Notes: a model not told the origin generated them from the letters alone. Counted from the first letter of the stretch, positions 19,148 to 29,233 are shown. The stretch: 64,000 bases of DNA from an uncultured Chloroflexia bacterium (GCA_963700285.1 CAVOXA010000015.1:32001-96000); one strand, 5' to 3'. Program-made: numbers and translations.

Positions 19148-20794
19148 CTATGCCTCGTACACCCACCGCCCACCGACCATCGTACGCTCGATCGGAATGT
19201 GCACCAGAGATCCAGGGTCCGCGGTCCTTGGATCTGCCCCGAGCACGACCAGGTCCGCCAGCTTTCCAGGTTCCAGGGAGCCCTTCAGCCCTTCTTCGAA
19301 GGAGGCGTAGGCACCATGCAGGGTGCTGACCCGGATCACTTCCTCGACCGTGATCCGCTGGCTCGCGCCCCAGACCTGACCGGTGGTGTCGGTACGCGTC
19401 ACAGCCGATTGTAGCGCCATCATCGGCTCGAAGGGGCCTGGCGGATAGTCCGAGCCCGGAGCAATCATGACCCCCGCGTCCAGCAGGCTGCGCAGGGCGA
19501 ACATGGACTCCAGGCGCTCGGCGCCGTACTCGGACATCTTTTCGCCGTGATAGTAGATGTACGCCCCAAAGGGGGTAGGCACGGCATTCAAGGCCTTGAT
19601 CCGGCGGATAAGCGCGTCGTTGAGCACCGTACAGTGTTCCAGGCGGAAGCGAGGGTCGGTGCGCGGGTATTCGCGCTGCAACCGCTCGTAGATGCGCAGC
19701 ACCATGTCGATGGCCACGTCGCCGTTGGCGTGGACGCCGATCTGCCAGCCGGCCCGGTGAGCCTGGACCGCGTAGCCGTATAGCTCCTCCTCGCCCATGA
19801 CCAGGATGCCATAGTCGTCCGGCCTCCCGGCGTAGGGCTCCGACAGGAGGGCGGTGCGCTCCGAAATCGACCCGTCGCACACGAGCTTCAGCCCGCCCAG
19901 GCGCACCCACGGATCGCCGAAACCGGTACGCAGGCCGGCCTCGAGCATCTTGTGCCAGCGCGAATAGTGGATCATGCAATACACGCGCAGGGACAGCTCG
20001 CCAGCCAGGTGGGCGTCCTGGTAGGCACGCAGATCCTCCGGACTTGCCCACATGTCGTGGGCCGAAGTGATGCCGGCCCGGCTCATCATGCCTGTGATCA
20101 GCTTGGCGGCCGCCTGACCGACGGATCTGGAATAGCTGGTGGGGATGGCTGCCATGAAGGGGTCCATGGCCGTCTCGCACACTCGGCCTGTCAGACGGCC
20201 GCTTCCAGGCTCGCGCTCCAGCCTGCCCCCCGCCGGATCATCGGTTGACTCGACAATGCCAACCCGTTCCAGGGCAAGAGAGTTGACATAGGCCGTATGG
20301 CCACCCCGGTGCAGGACGAGCACGGGATGTCGCGGCGCGGCCGCATCCAGATCGTCGCGCGTGAGAAAGCGGCGCTCGGCCGTCTTGCCATCGTCGTATT
20401 TGAAGCCCTGCACCCACTCGCCTTGTGGGGTGTGTTCCGCCCGGCTGCGCAAGGCCCTCTGTATCTCGGCTACAGAGGGGAGGGCGCAGTCCACACAGCG
20501 CAGGTGCATCAGGCCGGCATAATTCAGGTGGCAGTGCGCGTCGACAAAGCCAGGGACGACCGTCCGGCCACCCAGATCGAGCTGCCGCGTGCCGACAGCG
20601 GCCAGGGCCCGGACGCTGGCGTCGTCGCCAACGGCCCAGATCCGGTCGTCCAGCACGGCCAGGGCCCGGGCGCGCGGCTGCGCGGGGTTGACGGTCAGAA
20701 TGTCCGCGTTGTACAGGATCAGTTGTGGCCCCCGCAGCGACAGCGATGGGCCTGCCGGGCCCACAAGCCTCTGGCGTGGCTCAGCCTGTGCCAT
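19148..20794 (-). CDS. Amidohydrolase family 3 (YtcJ/NfdA-like)
   Basis: PGFVDAHCH, GGHTAYVNSLAL, VHANGD, RLEHC, GSDYP and GSLEPGKLADLVVL. Confidence 0.9.
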   Translation of the reverse strand: MAQAEPRQRLVGPAGPSLSLRGPQLILYNADILTVNPAQPRARALAVLDDRIWAVGDDASVRALAAVGTRQLDLGGRTVVPGFVDAHCHLNYAGLMHLRCVDCALPSVAEIQRALRSRAEHTPQGEWVQGFKYDDGKTAERRFLTRDDLDAAAPRHPVLVLHRGGHTAYVNSLALERVGIVESTDDPAGGRLEREPGSGRLTGRVCETAMDPFMAAIPTSYSRSVGQAAAKLITGMMSRAGITSAHDMWASPEDLRAYQDAHLAGELSLRVYCMIHYSRWHKMLEAGLRTGFGDPWVRLGGLKLVCDGSISERTALLSEPYAGRPDDYGILVMGEEELYGYAVQAHRAGWQIGVHANGDVAIDMVLRIYERLQREYPRTDPRFRLEHCTVLNDALIRRIKALNAVPTPFGAYIYYHGEKMSEYGAERLESMFALRSLLDAGVMIAPGSDYPPGPFEPMMALQSAVTRTDTTGQVWGASQRITVEEVIRVSTLHGAYASFEEGLKGSLEPGKLADLVVLGADPRTADPGSLVHIPIERTMVGGRWVYEA

Positions 20795-20842
20795 ACTCAC
20801 CTCCTGCAGCAAAAGGTCGGGACCTTGGGCCCGTCAGGATCG

Positions 20843-22220
20843 CTACTCCGGAACAGGCAGGATCAGGCCCCTGTCCATCAAAAAGTGGGTCATGTCCTGA
20901 GCCTGCCGGATCATCTGCTCTGCCCTGCCCAGCAACTCGCCCCGGGAGAGCTTCAGGCGCGCAACGCCTTGCTCCTGCGCCTTCACGTCCGACGGCCGCC
21001 GCCTGCCGGGCAAAGACTGCCCGGTCCTCAATGGTCGGGATGATATGCTCCGCATCGAGTCCCTTTTCCTGCTGGTAGCAGGCCAGCTCCTCGGCGGCCG
21101 CGATGGCCATCTCGTCGGTGATGGTCCGCGCCCGCACGTCCAGCACGCCCCGGAAGACGCCGGGAAAGACCAGCGAGTTGTTGATCTGGTTGGCAAAGTC
21201 GCCCCGGCTCGTGCCCACCACGCGCGCCCCGGCCTCCTTTGCCTCCCAGGGCCAGATCTCGGGGATAGGATTGGCCAGCGCAAAGACGACGGCATCCTCG
21301 GCCATGGCCGCGACCCATTCCGGCCTGAGGGCGCCGGGACCCGGCCTGCTGGCGGCAATGCACACGTCGGCGCCGCGTATGGTCTCGGCCATGCCGCCCC
21401 TCCGGCCCTCCGCGTTGCTCTGCAGGCAGATCTGCCACTTGCCCGCGAATTCTTCCTGACGTTGTTCGATGTCCTGGCGTTCCGGGTGCAGGATGCCCTG
21501 GCTGTCGCAGACCACAATGTCGCCGTAGCGTACCCCGCTAGCGAGCAACAGGGGGATGAGGGGCACGTTGACCGCCCCGGCGCCGATCAGCGCGACCCGG
21601 ATCTCGTCAAAGCGCTTGCCAACCACGCGCAGGGCGTTGATCAGCCCGGCCAGGATGACCGTCGCCGTTCCCTGCTGGTCATCGTGCCACACCGGGATGC
21701 GAAAGTCGGGATCGGCGCGCAGCGCGTCCAGGACCCGGAAGCACTTGGGCTGGGAGATGTCCTCCAGGTTGACCCCGCCAAAGGAGGGCTGGAGCCATTT
21801 GGTGGCCTGCACGATCTGGTCCGGGTCCTTGGTGTCCAGGCAGATGGGAACCGCGTCCACCCCGCCCAGGTACTTGAACAGCAGCGCCTTGCCCTCCATC
21901 AGCGGCAGCCCGGCTCCCCCGAGGATCTCCGGCTCGGTGAACCCCACCTGGAGGCCCTGCACCCGGGTGCTGTCGGAGACTACGGCCACCGTGTTGCCCT
22001 TGTTGGTATACTCGTAGGCCAGGTCCTCGTTTTCCTGGATGGCCCGGCAGGGCGCGGCCACGCCAGGCGTGTACCACACCGCAAAGTCGTCCACGACGTC
22101 GTGAATGGGGCACTTGGGCGCCATCTGCACCTTGCCCCGGTACAGCGGATGGAGGCGCATGGCGTCTTCACCCGGTTTCCTGGCCTTGGCCAGCAGTTGT
22201 TCCTCGGACATCACAGCCAT
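20843..22220 (-). CDS. NAD(P)-dependent malic enzyme family protein (frameshift near 20990)
   Basis: YTPGVAAPC, MEGKALLFK, NLEDISQPKCF, VWHDDQQGT, FALANPIPEI and NQINNSLVFPG. Confidence 0.9.
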
Positions 22221-22366
22221 CCGGCTACGGCTCCTCTCCACGATTCCACAGGTACCCTGGGTTTCCAGGTCGCGCCGCAGGTCCGCCCGCGCCCAGCTAC
22301 AACCTTGCGATGGTAGCCGGCGGGTTGGCCTGGTTCTCTTCTGGGGCGATGAGGGCGCCCGCGTGC

Positions 22367-23668
22367 TCAGCCCGACGGCAGACTTTGGTCCGCGATCTCC
22401 AACACCTCGTCGATGATGCTCAGGCCATCACGCAGCTCGGTCTCGCTGATGCATAGCGGCGGCGCGACAAAGATCAGGTTGGCCGGGAAGAAGGTGGACA
22501 GCCCCCGCTCGCGGCACAGCTTGGCCAGGGGAGCCGTGGGCATTGGTTCCTTGGTCTCCCGATCCACCACCAGCTCGATGGCCGCGAACAGTCCGATATA
22601 CCGCACGTCCCCCACCGAGGGGTGCCGGGCCTTGAGCTCCTCGAGTTGCTCACCCAAGACCACCCCCAGCCGGGCCGCGTTCTCGATCAGCCCGTCGTCG
22701 TGGTAGACCTGCAAAGTGGCAACCCCCGCCGCGCAGCTCAAGGGGTGCGCGCTGTAGGTCAGGCCGCAGTAGAGCATCCTGTCCTCAAAGTACTGGGCCA
22801 TGGGCTCTGAGACGATGACGGCGGCCAGCGGCACATACCCCGCTGTCAGACCCTTGGCCGTGGTGATCATATCGGGCACCACGTCCCAGTGGTCCACCGC
22901 GAACCAGGTGCCCGTCCGGCCAAAGCCGCTCATCACCTCATCGGCGACGAGGAGGATGCCATACTTGTCGCACAGCGCGCGCATGCGCGGCCAGTAGTCA
23001 TCTGGCGGAACCAGGATCCCGTTCGTGCCGGTCACCCCTTCCAAAAAGATGGCCGCCACGTTGTCCGGACCCTCAAACTTGATGACATCTTCGATGTGGG
23101 TGACGCACTCCCGGTGGCACGTGTCCGGCGTCCACCCAAACGGACAGCGATAGCAATAGGGGTCAAAGACGTGGATCACGCCGGGGATGGTGGGTTCGGC
23201 CGCCCAGCGCCGGTGGTCGCCGGTCAGGGCGATGGCGCCATGGGTCGCGCCATGGTAGGACCGGTAGCGGGCCAGGATCTTGCGCCGGCCGCTGTACATC
23301 CGGGCCAGCTTGATGGCGTTCTCGTTGGCCTCCGCGCCGCCCAAACAGAAGAACGACTTTTGCAGGTTTCCCGGCGCGACCTCGGCCAGCATCTGCCCGA
23401 GCCGCGCCCTGGGTTCGGTCACGGCGCTGGGCTGGGCAAAACAGAGTACGTCCGCCTGGTCCTTGATGGCCTGCACCACCTTGGGGTGCTGGTGCCCGAT
23501 GTTCAGGTTTATCAGTTGGGACGAAAAGTCGATGTAGCGCTTGCCATTGGAATCCCAATAATAGACCCCTTCACCCCGGACCATAGGGATGGGATCGACC
23601 GTGGATTGAACGGACCAGGAGAACAGCGTATAGTCCCGGCTCAACCCGATAATCTCAGCAGCGTCCAT
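22367..23668 (-). CDS. Class III (omega-amine) PLP aminotransferase, taurine/beta-alanine transaminase-like
   Basis: YIDFSSQLINLNIGHQHP, GGAEANENAIK, RSYHGAT, ADEVMSGFGRTG, AKGLTAGYVPL and GLTYSAHP. Confidence 0.88.
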   Translation of the reverse strand: MDAAEIIGLSRDYTLFSWSVQSTVDPIPMVRGEGVYYWDSNGKRYIDFSSQLINLNIGHQHPKVVQAIKDQADVLCFAQPSAVTEPRARLGQMLAEVAPGNLQKSFFCLGGAEANENAIKLARMYSGRRKILARYRSYHGATHGAIALTGDHRRWAAEPTIPGVIHVFDPYCYRCPFGWTPDTCHRECVTHIEDVIKFEGPDNVAAIFLEGVTGTNGILVPPDDYWPRMRALCDKYGILLVADEVMSGFGRTGTWFAVDHWDVVPDMITTAKGLTAGYVPLAAVIVSEPMAQYFEDRMLYCGLTYSAHPLSCAAGVATLQVYHDDGLIENAARLGVVLGEQLEELKARHPSVGDVRYIGLFAAIELVVDRETKEPMPTAPLAKLCRERGLSTFFPANLIFVAPPLCISETELRDGLSIIDEVLEIADQSLPSG

Positions 23669-23788
23669 GGTTTCGGCTCCTTTTGGAGAAAAGATATGCC
23701 TGGACGGGAACCCGCCAGCTCCCATCCAGGTTCCAGCCTACATCAGATCTCACTGCCCGGCCAGGATCCGGGCCCGCCAGGCCAGCCC

Positions 23789-25154
23789 TCAGGCAAACTT
23801 GAGGCCGTAGCCAGCCAGCTCTCCTTTGACCCTACCGTAGAGGTCGACGTATTCCTGGCAGGGCTCGATGGAACCCCAGTCGTGGCTCTCTTGGAAGGGC
23901 GTGCCCTTGGGTGGATCGAGCAGCCGGTCCTCGTACTTGGGCAGCAGCTTTCCGACAATCTCGTTGGCCTCCACCCGGCTCAGGCCAGCGGCAGCATGGG
24001 CCACCTCAGAGGCGAAACGAGGCTCCACCGGGCTGAGGTGATCGACGTTTCTGGCGGCGCCCACCCCGCCAAACTCGATGTTGCCCCCGGACACGACGCC
24101 GGTGATCATGCCGGTGGCGATCTCGTAAAAGTTCATCTCCGTCATCGGGCCCGCCGCACAGTAAGTATACCACAAATGCGGCATGTGATTGTTGCGGCTG
24201 ATAGCCTGTGTGGCCAGGCTCTGCGTCCACAAAAGCTGCTGGTTGCTGTTCCAGCCGCGCAGGTGCAAGGGGAAAGTGAGGTGGACGGATGCTCTCAGAA
24301 CCAGGATGGAGTAGAGCAGGTAGGCCGTGCTGACCACGGCCACCCCCTCCGGCCCTCCGGCAAAGCCGCCCAGAATCGGCCCGCATTCCCCAATGAGCTG
24401 GCCGCCACGGGCAAGAATGTAGGCGACCTCGTTCAGCCGCTGGAACGACACCTTGAACTCGGCCGCAAAACCGACGACCCAGCAGTCGGAATCCCGCAAC
24501 CCAAACTCGCTGCCCGTGATCTTGCCCGCATCGGTGACCGCCGTCGAGATGGAGTTCATGATCGGCAGGCCGGGCCGCTGGGCGCGGCGAAGCGCAGCGC
24601 GTCCAAGCTCGACGGCCCGGATGCAAGCCAGCAGTTCCAGGGGCGACCCTGCGCGCGTGGACATGCCATTGATGGTCGCCAGGTTCGGGCACGTGACCGA
24701 GTTCGGCCAGCGGATTGCGGCCGTAGCCCTCTACCAGGCGCACGTACACATCTTCGGTGCTGCACGTCGCCCCGCCTGCTCCCAAAAAGCACCAGGGTTC
24801 GACGCTGCTCTCTGGTTTCCGGCCCAGCATCGCCTTGCGGTCCCGCCCCTCCCCGAACACCGGCGCCCTGGGCGCGTCCCGCAGTCCCTCCAGCAGTTCC
24901 TCTTTGGTGAAGCGTATGACCCGGCTCGTGTCCGTGCAGTAGCAACCCGTTTCCGCGCACAGCTCCAGCGCCGCCTGGAACAGGTCGTCGGCGAGCTGGT
25001 CGTCGTTTGGCACGGAAGTCCCGGGGTCGAAGCGGATGCCATACTTTTTGACCACCTGCCGCAGCTTGGGGACCACGACCTTCATGTCAAAGTCCCGCTC
25101 CGAGTAATAGGGACCGTTCAACGCCCGCCTGATCACCTCAAAGAAGTCTATCAT
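23789..25154 (-). CDS. Monomethylamine:corrinoid methyltransferase (MtmB)-like protein 2, no amber codon (frameshift near 24705)
   Basis: Close paralog of 25165-26532; GPYYSERDFD, RVIRFTKEEL, RPGLPIMNS, AAGPMTEMNFYE and PPKGTPFQE. Confidence 0.82.
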
Positions 25155-25164
25155 CTCTCCTCCT

Positions 25165-26532
25165 CTACTTGAACCTCAGGCCATAGCCGGCGAGTTCGTC
25201 CTTGATCTGTCCATAAAGGTCCAGGTATTCCTGGCGCGGCTCGATGGAGTCCCAGTCATAGCATTCGGGAAACTTCCTGCCTTTGGGCGGGCTGGGCAGC
25301 CTGTCCCGGTATTTGGGCACCAGCTTCTTGACCATTTCATTCGCCTCGGCGCGGCTCAGGCCTGCTGTGGCGTGGGCGACCTCCGAGGCGAACCTGGGCT
25401 CCAGGGGGGTGAAGGTATCGAGGCTGATCGCCTTGGCCACGCCGCCAAACTCGATGTGGCCACCAGAGGCCACCCGCCCTATCTGGGTGGCAGCGATCTC
25501 GTAGAAGCACATGTCGGTCATCGGTCCCGCGGCCAGGTAAGTGAGGTTCAGCATCGGCAGGTGGCTGTTGCGGCAGATGGCCTGCGTGCTGACATTGATG
25601 GGCCACATGATCTCCCAACTGGTGTTGCAGCCATATCGAAAGTCCATGGGAAAGGTCAGGTGCGCGGAAGCCCGGAGCACCAGGATCACCAGCAGGTGAT
25701 AGGCCACGTTGCTCACCGCCACACCCTCGGGACCGCCCGCATAGCCGCCCATGATCTCACCGGTCTCACCAACGATCTGCCCTCCCCGGGCAGTGACGTA
25801 GGCGACCTCGTTCAGCCGCTCGAAGGGTACCTGGAGCGGGGAGGTGAAACCGATGACCCAGCCATCGCTGTCCCGCAGGCCAAACGCGCTCCCCGTGATC
25901 TTGCCGGCCGCGGTGACCGCCGTGGCGATGGAGTTCATAATCGGCAAGCCGGGCCGCTGTGCCCGCCGCAACGCGGCTCGGCCCAGCTCGACGGAGCGGA
26001 TGCAGGCCAGCATCTCCAGGGGTGAGCCGGCCACCACCTCCATGCCGTTGATCATGGTCAGCGTGGGACAGGTCACCGAATTGATCAGCGGGTTGCGCCC
26101 ATAGCCTTCAACCAGGCGGACGTACACCTCCTCGCTGGATGAGATGCCACCGCCCGCCCCCAGAAAGCAGTAGGGGGGATCGGCGCTCTCCGGCCTTCGG
26201 GCCGGCATGGCTTTCCTGTCACGTCCCTCTCCGAACACCGGGCTGGCAGGTGCGTCCCTCAAAGCCTCGCGGAGCTCTTCTTTTGTGAAGCGAATGATGC
26301 GGGAAGTGTCCTTACAGTAGCAGCCGACTTCCGCGCACAGCTCCAGGCCGGCCTCCCACACGGCATCCGCCAGGTCATCGTCGCCGGGCACCGGCGTTTC
26401 GGGATCGTAGCGGATGTTGTACTTTTTGATCAGCTCCCTCAGTTTGGGCACCAGGATCTTGATGGCAAAGTCCTGCTCAGTGGAGTAGGGACCGTCCAGC
26501 GCGCGCCTGATGATCTCAAAAAAGTCGATCAT
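25165..26532 (-). CDS. MtmB-like protein 1, no amber codon
   Basis: 455 aa, matching MtmB size. MtmB hallmarks: LADAVWEAGLEL, YCKDTSRIIRFTKEEL, GSPLE, RPGL, GGYAGGPEG, AGPMTDMCFYE, LEPRFASEVAHA and PPKGRKFPECYD. Confidence 0.85.
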   Translation of the reverse strand: MIDFFEIIRRALDGPYSTEQDFAIKILVPKLRELIKKYNIRYDPETPVPGDDDLADAVWEAGLELCAEVGCYCKDTSRIIRFTKEELREALRDAPASPVFGEGRDRKAMPARRPESADPPYCFLGAGGGISSSEEVYVRLVEGYGRNPLINSVTCPTLTMINGMEVVAGSPLEMLACIRSVELGRAALRRAQRPGLPIMNSIATAVTAAGKITGSAFGLRDSDGWVIGFTSPLQVPFERLNEVAYVTARGGQIVGETGEIMGGYAGGPEGVAVSNVAYHLLVILVLRASAHLTFPMDFRYGCNTSWEIMWPINVSTQAICRNSHLPMLNLTYLAAGPMTDMCFYEIAATQIGRVASGGHIEFGGVAKAISLDTFTPLEPRFASEVAHATAGLSRAEANEMVKKLVPKYRDRLPSPPKGRKFPECYDWDSIEPRQEYLDLYGQIKDELAGYGLRFK

Positions 26533-26547
26533 TTGCTCTCTCCTTTG

Positions 26548-27201
26548 CTAGCGGTCCACGAGTTTGAGGGCCAATGTCACCGCCCCGCTGGCTGTCTCAG
26601 CGTAGCCGTCGGCGCCGATCTTGTCGGCCCATTCCTGGGTTACTGGCGCGCCGCCCACCATGACGGCATACGTTTCTCGCTCGCCCACGTCTCGAAGCAG
26701 GTTGATGACATCCCGCTGTCCAGGCATCGTCGAGGTCATCAGGGCGGATATGGCAATGATGTCAACCTTGCGCTTTCTCGCCTCCTCCAGGAACGTGGTC
26801 GCGGCCACATCCTCGCCCAAGTCGTACACCCTGAAGCCGGCCAGCTTGAACAGCATGGTCAAGATATTCTTCCCGATGGTGTGAATATCGCCCTTGGCCG
26901 TTCCGATGAGGACGGTTCCGGGCACGCCAGCGTCCTGCCCCGCGGCGGCCATCGCCGGCTCCAGCACCTCCATGACCCCGTTGCCGGCCTCGGCAGCCAT
27001 GATCATCTCTGGCAAAAAGACCTCGAGGCGTTCGAATTGCTCGCCGACAATGCGCAGACCATCGCGCAATCCCGTCTCCACGGCCTCCATGGGCGAGATT
27101 CCGGCATCCAGACAGCGCTGAGCCGCCTGCCTGGCGCCCTCCTCGTCGCCCTCAATGACGGCCCGTTGGAGCGCTAGCAGTAGATCACTTTTGTTGGTCA
27201 T
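26548..27201 (-). CDS. Methyltransferase cognate corrinoid protein (MtmC/MtbC/MttC-like)
   Basis: VFLPEMIMAAEA cap domain, GDIHTIGKNI (DxHxxG), SALMTSTM, VMVGGAPVT and IGADGY. Confidence 0.92.
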   Translation of the reverse strand: MTNKSDLLLALQRAVIEGDEEGARQAAQRCLDAGISPMEAVETGLRDGLRIVGEQFERLEVFLPEMIMAAEAGNGVMEVLEPAMAAAGQDAGVPGTVLIGTAKGDIHTIGKNILTMLFKLAGFRVYDLGEDVAATTFLEEARKRKVDIIAISALMTSTMPGQRDVINLLRDVGERETYAVMVGGAPVTQEWADKIGADGYAETASGAVTLALKLVDR

Positions 27202-27674
27202 TGTGAGATTCTCCTTTCATTGAGTTCCATCTTTATGAATGTCTTCCTGGTACAGCACCCTGGCGTACACCAGGCACGTCTCACAGGCTGGTCATGCTGC
27301 CATTCGCCCGGCGGCATGGACTGCAAGCCCCCGCGCGGCATCAAAAAGCCCAAGGAGGAAACCAAAAGAGGATGTCGAACCGGCGTCTCGCACAGATGGA
27401 CAACTGGCAGGCCCAAGCCCAGAACCCGATAGGCCAAGCCCTTCGGCCACGACCAGCCTATCACGGCAGCCAGATCCAGGGCCGGCAGTCCGTCCGCGTT
27501 TGCGCCCCGACCTGGATTCTAGCACAGCTCCAGGGTCTTGTCAACGAAGCCAAGGCCGCGCTTGCCTGCGACCCGCCGTTCGAACCGCGTGACGATCGTC
27601 TGGTACACCAGCCACCGGCCACCCAGGTAGGCCCCCAAGAGTGCCAGGCCCATCGCGGTCGAGTGGGAGAAGCC

Positions 27675-27731
27675 GATAAAGGCCCGCCGGCCGGGAACCT
27701 GGAACCATAGTTCTTTGCGGTAGCTCTTCAT
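27675..27731 (-). pseudogene. yjbQ 5'-terminal fragment ([19 protein letters not shown])
   Basis: 18 of 19 residues identical to the N-terminus of the intact yjbQ, with synonymous changes; then fused to unrelated hydrophobic sequence. Confidence 0.85.
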
Positions 27732-27900
27732 ATGAAAACCTCGCGATTTCGGATTTGTGAAAGACATAGTTGTTTGGCCATCAACCTTGTCCAGCCACAC
27801 CCTTGAGCCCTATTATATCCACAAAACCAAGCTGGGGCAAGTAGTGGTTTTCGGGCTGGGCCGTGTGCACAATCGTATCCTCGCGTTCAGTCTCTCGTTG

Positions 27901-28078
27901 TTTCATTGGGAGCTGTCGTAGTGCAGTATACTCGTGTACTATCATCTGGCGTATCGATTTCGGTGGGAAAGCCGCCAACCTGACCTGTCATTCCCGCATG
28001 TTCTTGGCGGGAATCCATGCCACCAGCAACGGTCACCGCCGCAGAGTGAATGTCCACCAAGACCATGCGGGCATGATA
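27901..28078 (+). repeat. Direct repeat (left) containing a GTCATTCCCGC-type REP palindrome (family B, 27986-28078)
   Basis: TGTCATTCCCGCATG-ttcttgGCGGGAATCC...CATGCGGGCATGATA. Similarity to 45700-45920 extends upstream of the palindrome (tttcatt.gg.gctg...gtagt; ctgg...atc.attt...tgg.aa.gcc.ccaa). Confidence 0.8.
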
Positions 28079-28430
28079 GGGCTGCCCGTTGGTGCCCGCC
28101 AGGACCACGCGGGCAGTCATCCGTTGACCCTAGCTCGCGGTAACGACGCCGGGTGAGCTTCCACCGACTTGTACACACCGTCCAAAAGCCTCGCGGCTCT
28201 AGCCAGCCGGAGGCACGACCGAGGCGACAATGGCGCGCGTAGCACCTCCATCTGACCATGGTAGCCCATCTGCCGCTCGACGCTGAGGATACTCCATGCT
28301 GCTCGTGCCCCCCGTACCACCAAAAGCCATCGTGCGCGGTCCCTGCTTTGTGACCTCTGCGCCTCCGCGGTGCAGTCTGCCCCTGGAGCAGGTACTGGGC
28401 ACTTGTGGGCAATCATCAACGGATCGAGAA

Positions 28431-28459
28431 TTGCAGGAACAGGCGATATAGGGTAAAAT
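28431..28459 (+). promoter_or_regulatory. Sigma70-type promoter of TA pair 1
   Basis: TTGCAG-17 nt-TAAAAT. Confidence 0.55.
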
Positions 28460-28501
28460 GTAGCATCAATCCTGTACACTTTTTGGACTACTGGAGGTGC
28501 T

Positions 28502-28780
28502 ATGTCTTTGATTGGGGTCCGCGACCTGAGACAACAGGCCAGTGAGGTGCTCCGCCGGGTGCGCGAAGAGAGCGCCGAGTACGTGATCACCTATCAGGGC
28601 CGGCCGGTCGCCATCCTCCTGCCCCTGGACGCCGAGCAAGCCGAGAAGGAGATGGTTCAGGCCGGCAAAAAGGCCGTTCTCGACAATTGGGATCGTTACG
28701 AACTACTGGCCCAGGAACTTCGCCAGGATTGGCCGGCGGAGCTCTCGACCCAGGACCTGATCGACGCCGTCCGGCGCTAG
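28502..28780 (+). CDS. Phd/YefM family antitoxin
   Basis: IGVRDLRQQASEVLRRV...YVITYQGRPVAILLP. Confidence 0.9.
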   Translation: MSLIGVRDLRQQASEVLRRVREESAEYVITYQGRPVAILLPLDAEQAEKEMVQAGKKAVLDNWDRYELLAQELRQDWPAELSTQDLIDAVRR

Positions 28781-28790
28781 GGCCACAGCC

Positions 28791-29233
28791 ATGTACACCC
28801 TCGATGCCAGCGTCCACGTCAGCGCCCTGAATCCCTACGAGCCCGAGTCCGGCGCCAGTCAGGCCCTGCTGCGCCTGCTTCACCAGCGCCAGATCCCGCT
28901 CTTCTGCCCGACCCTGCTGCCTGTCGAAGTGGCCGCTGCGATCGCCCGCAGGATGGACGATCCCCATCGGGCCGTGGCCCTGGCCGCCCTCATCCGCAGT
29001 TGGCCCCACCAAACCCTGCTGCCCCTCGACGGCGCCCTGGCGGATTGCGCCATCGCGCTGGCAGCCGGCTTGCGGCTGCGAGGCGCCGACGCGGTCTATG
29101 CCGCCGTAGCCCAGCAGGCCGGTTCCACCCTGATCACCCTCGACCGCCAGCAGTTGGAGCGGCTCCGCCCGAGGTGAGGACCGTGCGGCCGGCCGATCTG
29201 CTGGAAGAGTTGGAGCATGGCCTGATCCGGTGA
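28791..29233 (+). CDS. VapC/PIN-domain toxin (probable indel near 29170)
   Basis: YTLDASV, PVEVAAAI, LRGADAVYAAVA and LITLD; the tail VRTVRPADLL continues in another frame. Confidence 0.85.

Noticed and set aside
22889-24910. 673-aa plus-strand ORF and other long antisense ORFs (21045-22316, 48982-50028, 55513-56820)
   Set aside because: Shadow frames of GC-rich genes on the opposite strand, with no recognisable motifs.
27202-27520. Cobalamin riboswitch call
   Set aside because: The B12-box and GGGAA core motifs could not be found in the right order; kept only as a low-interest finding.
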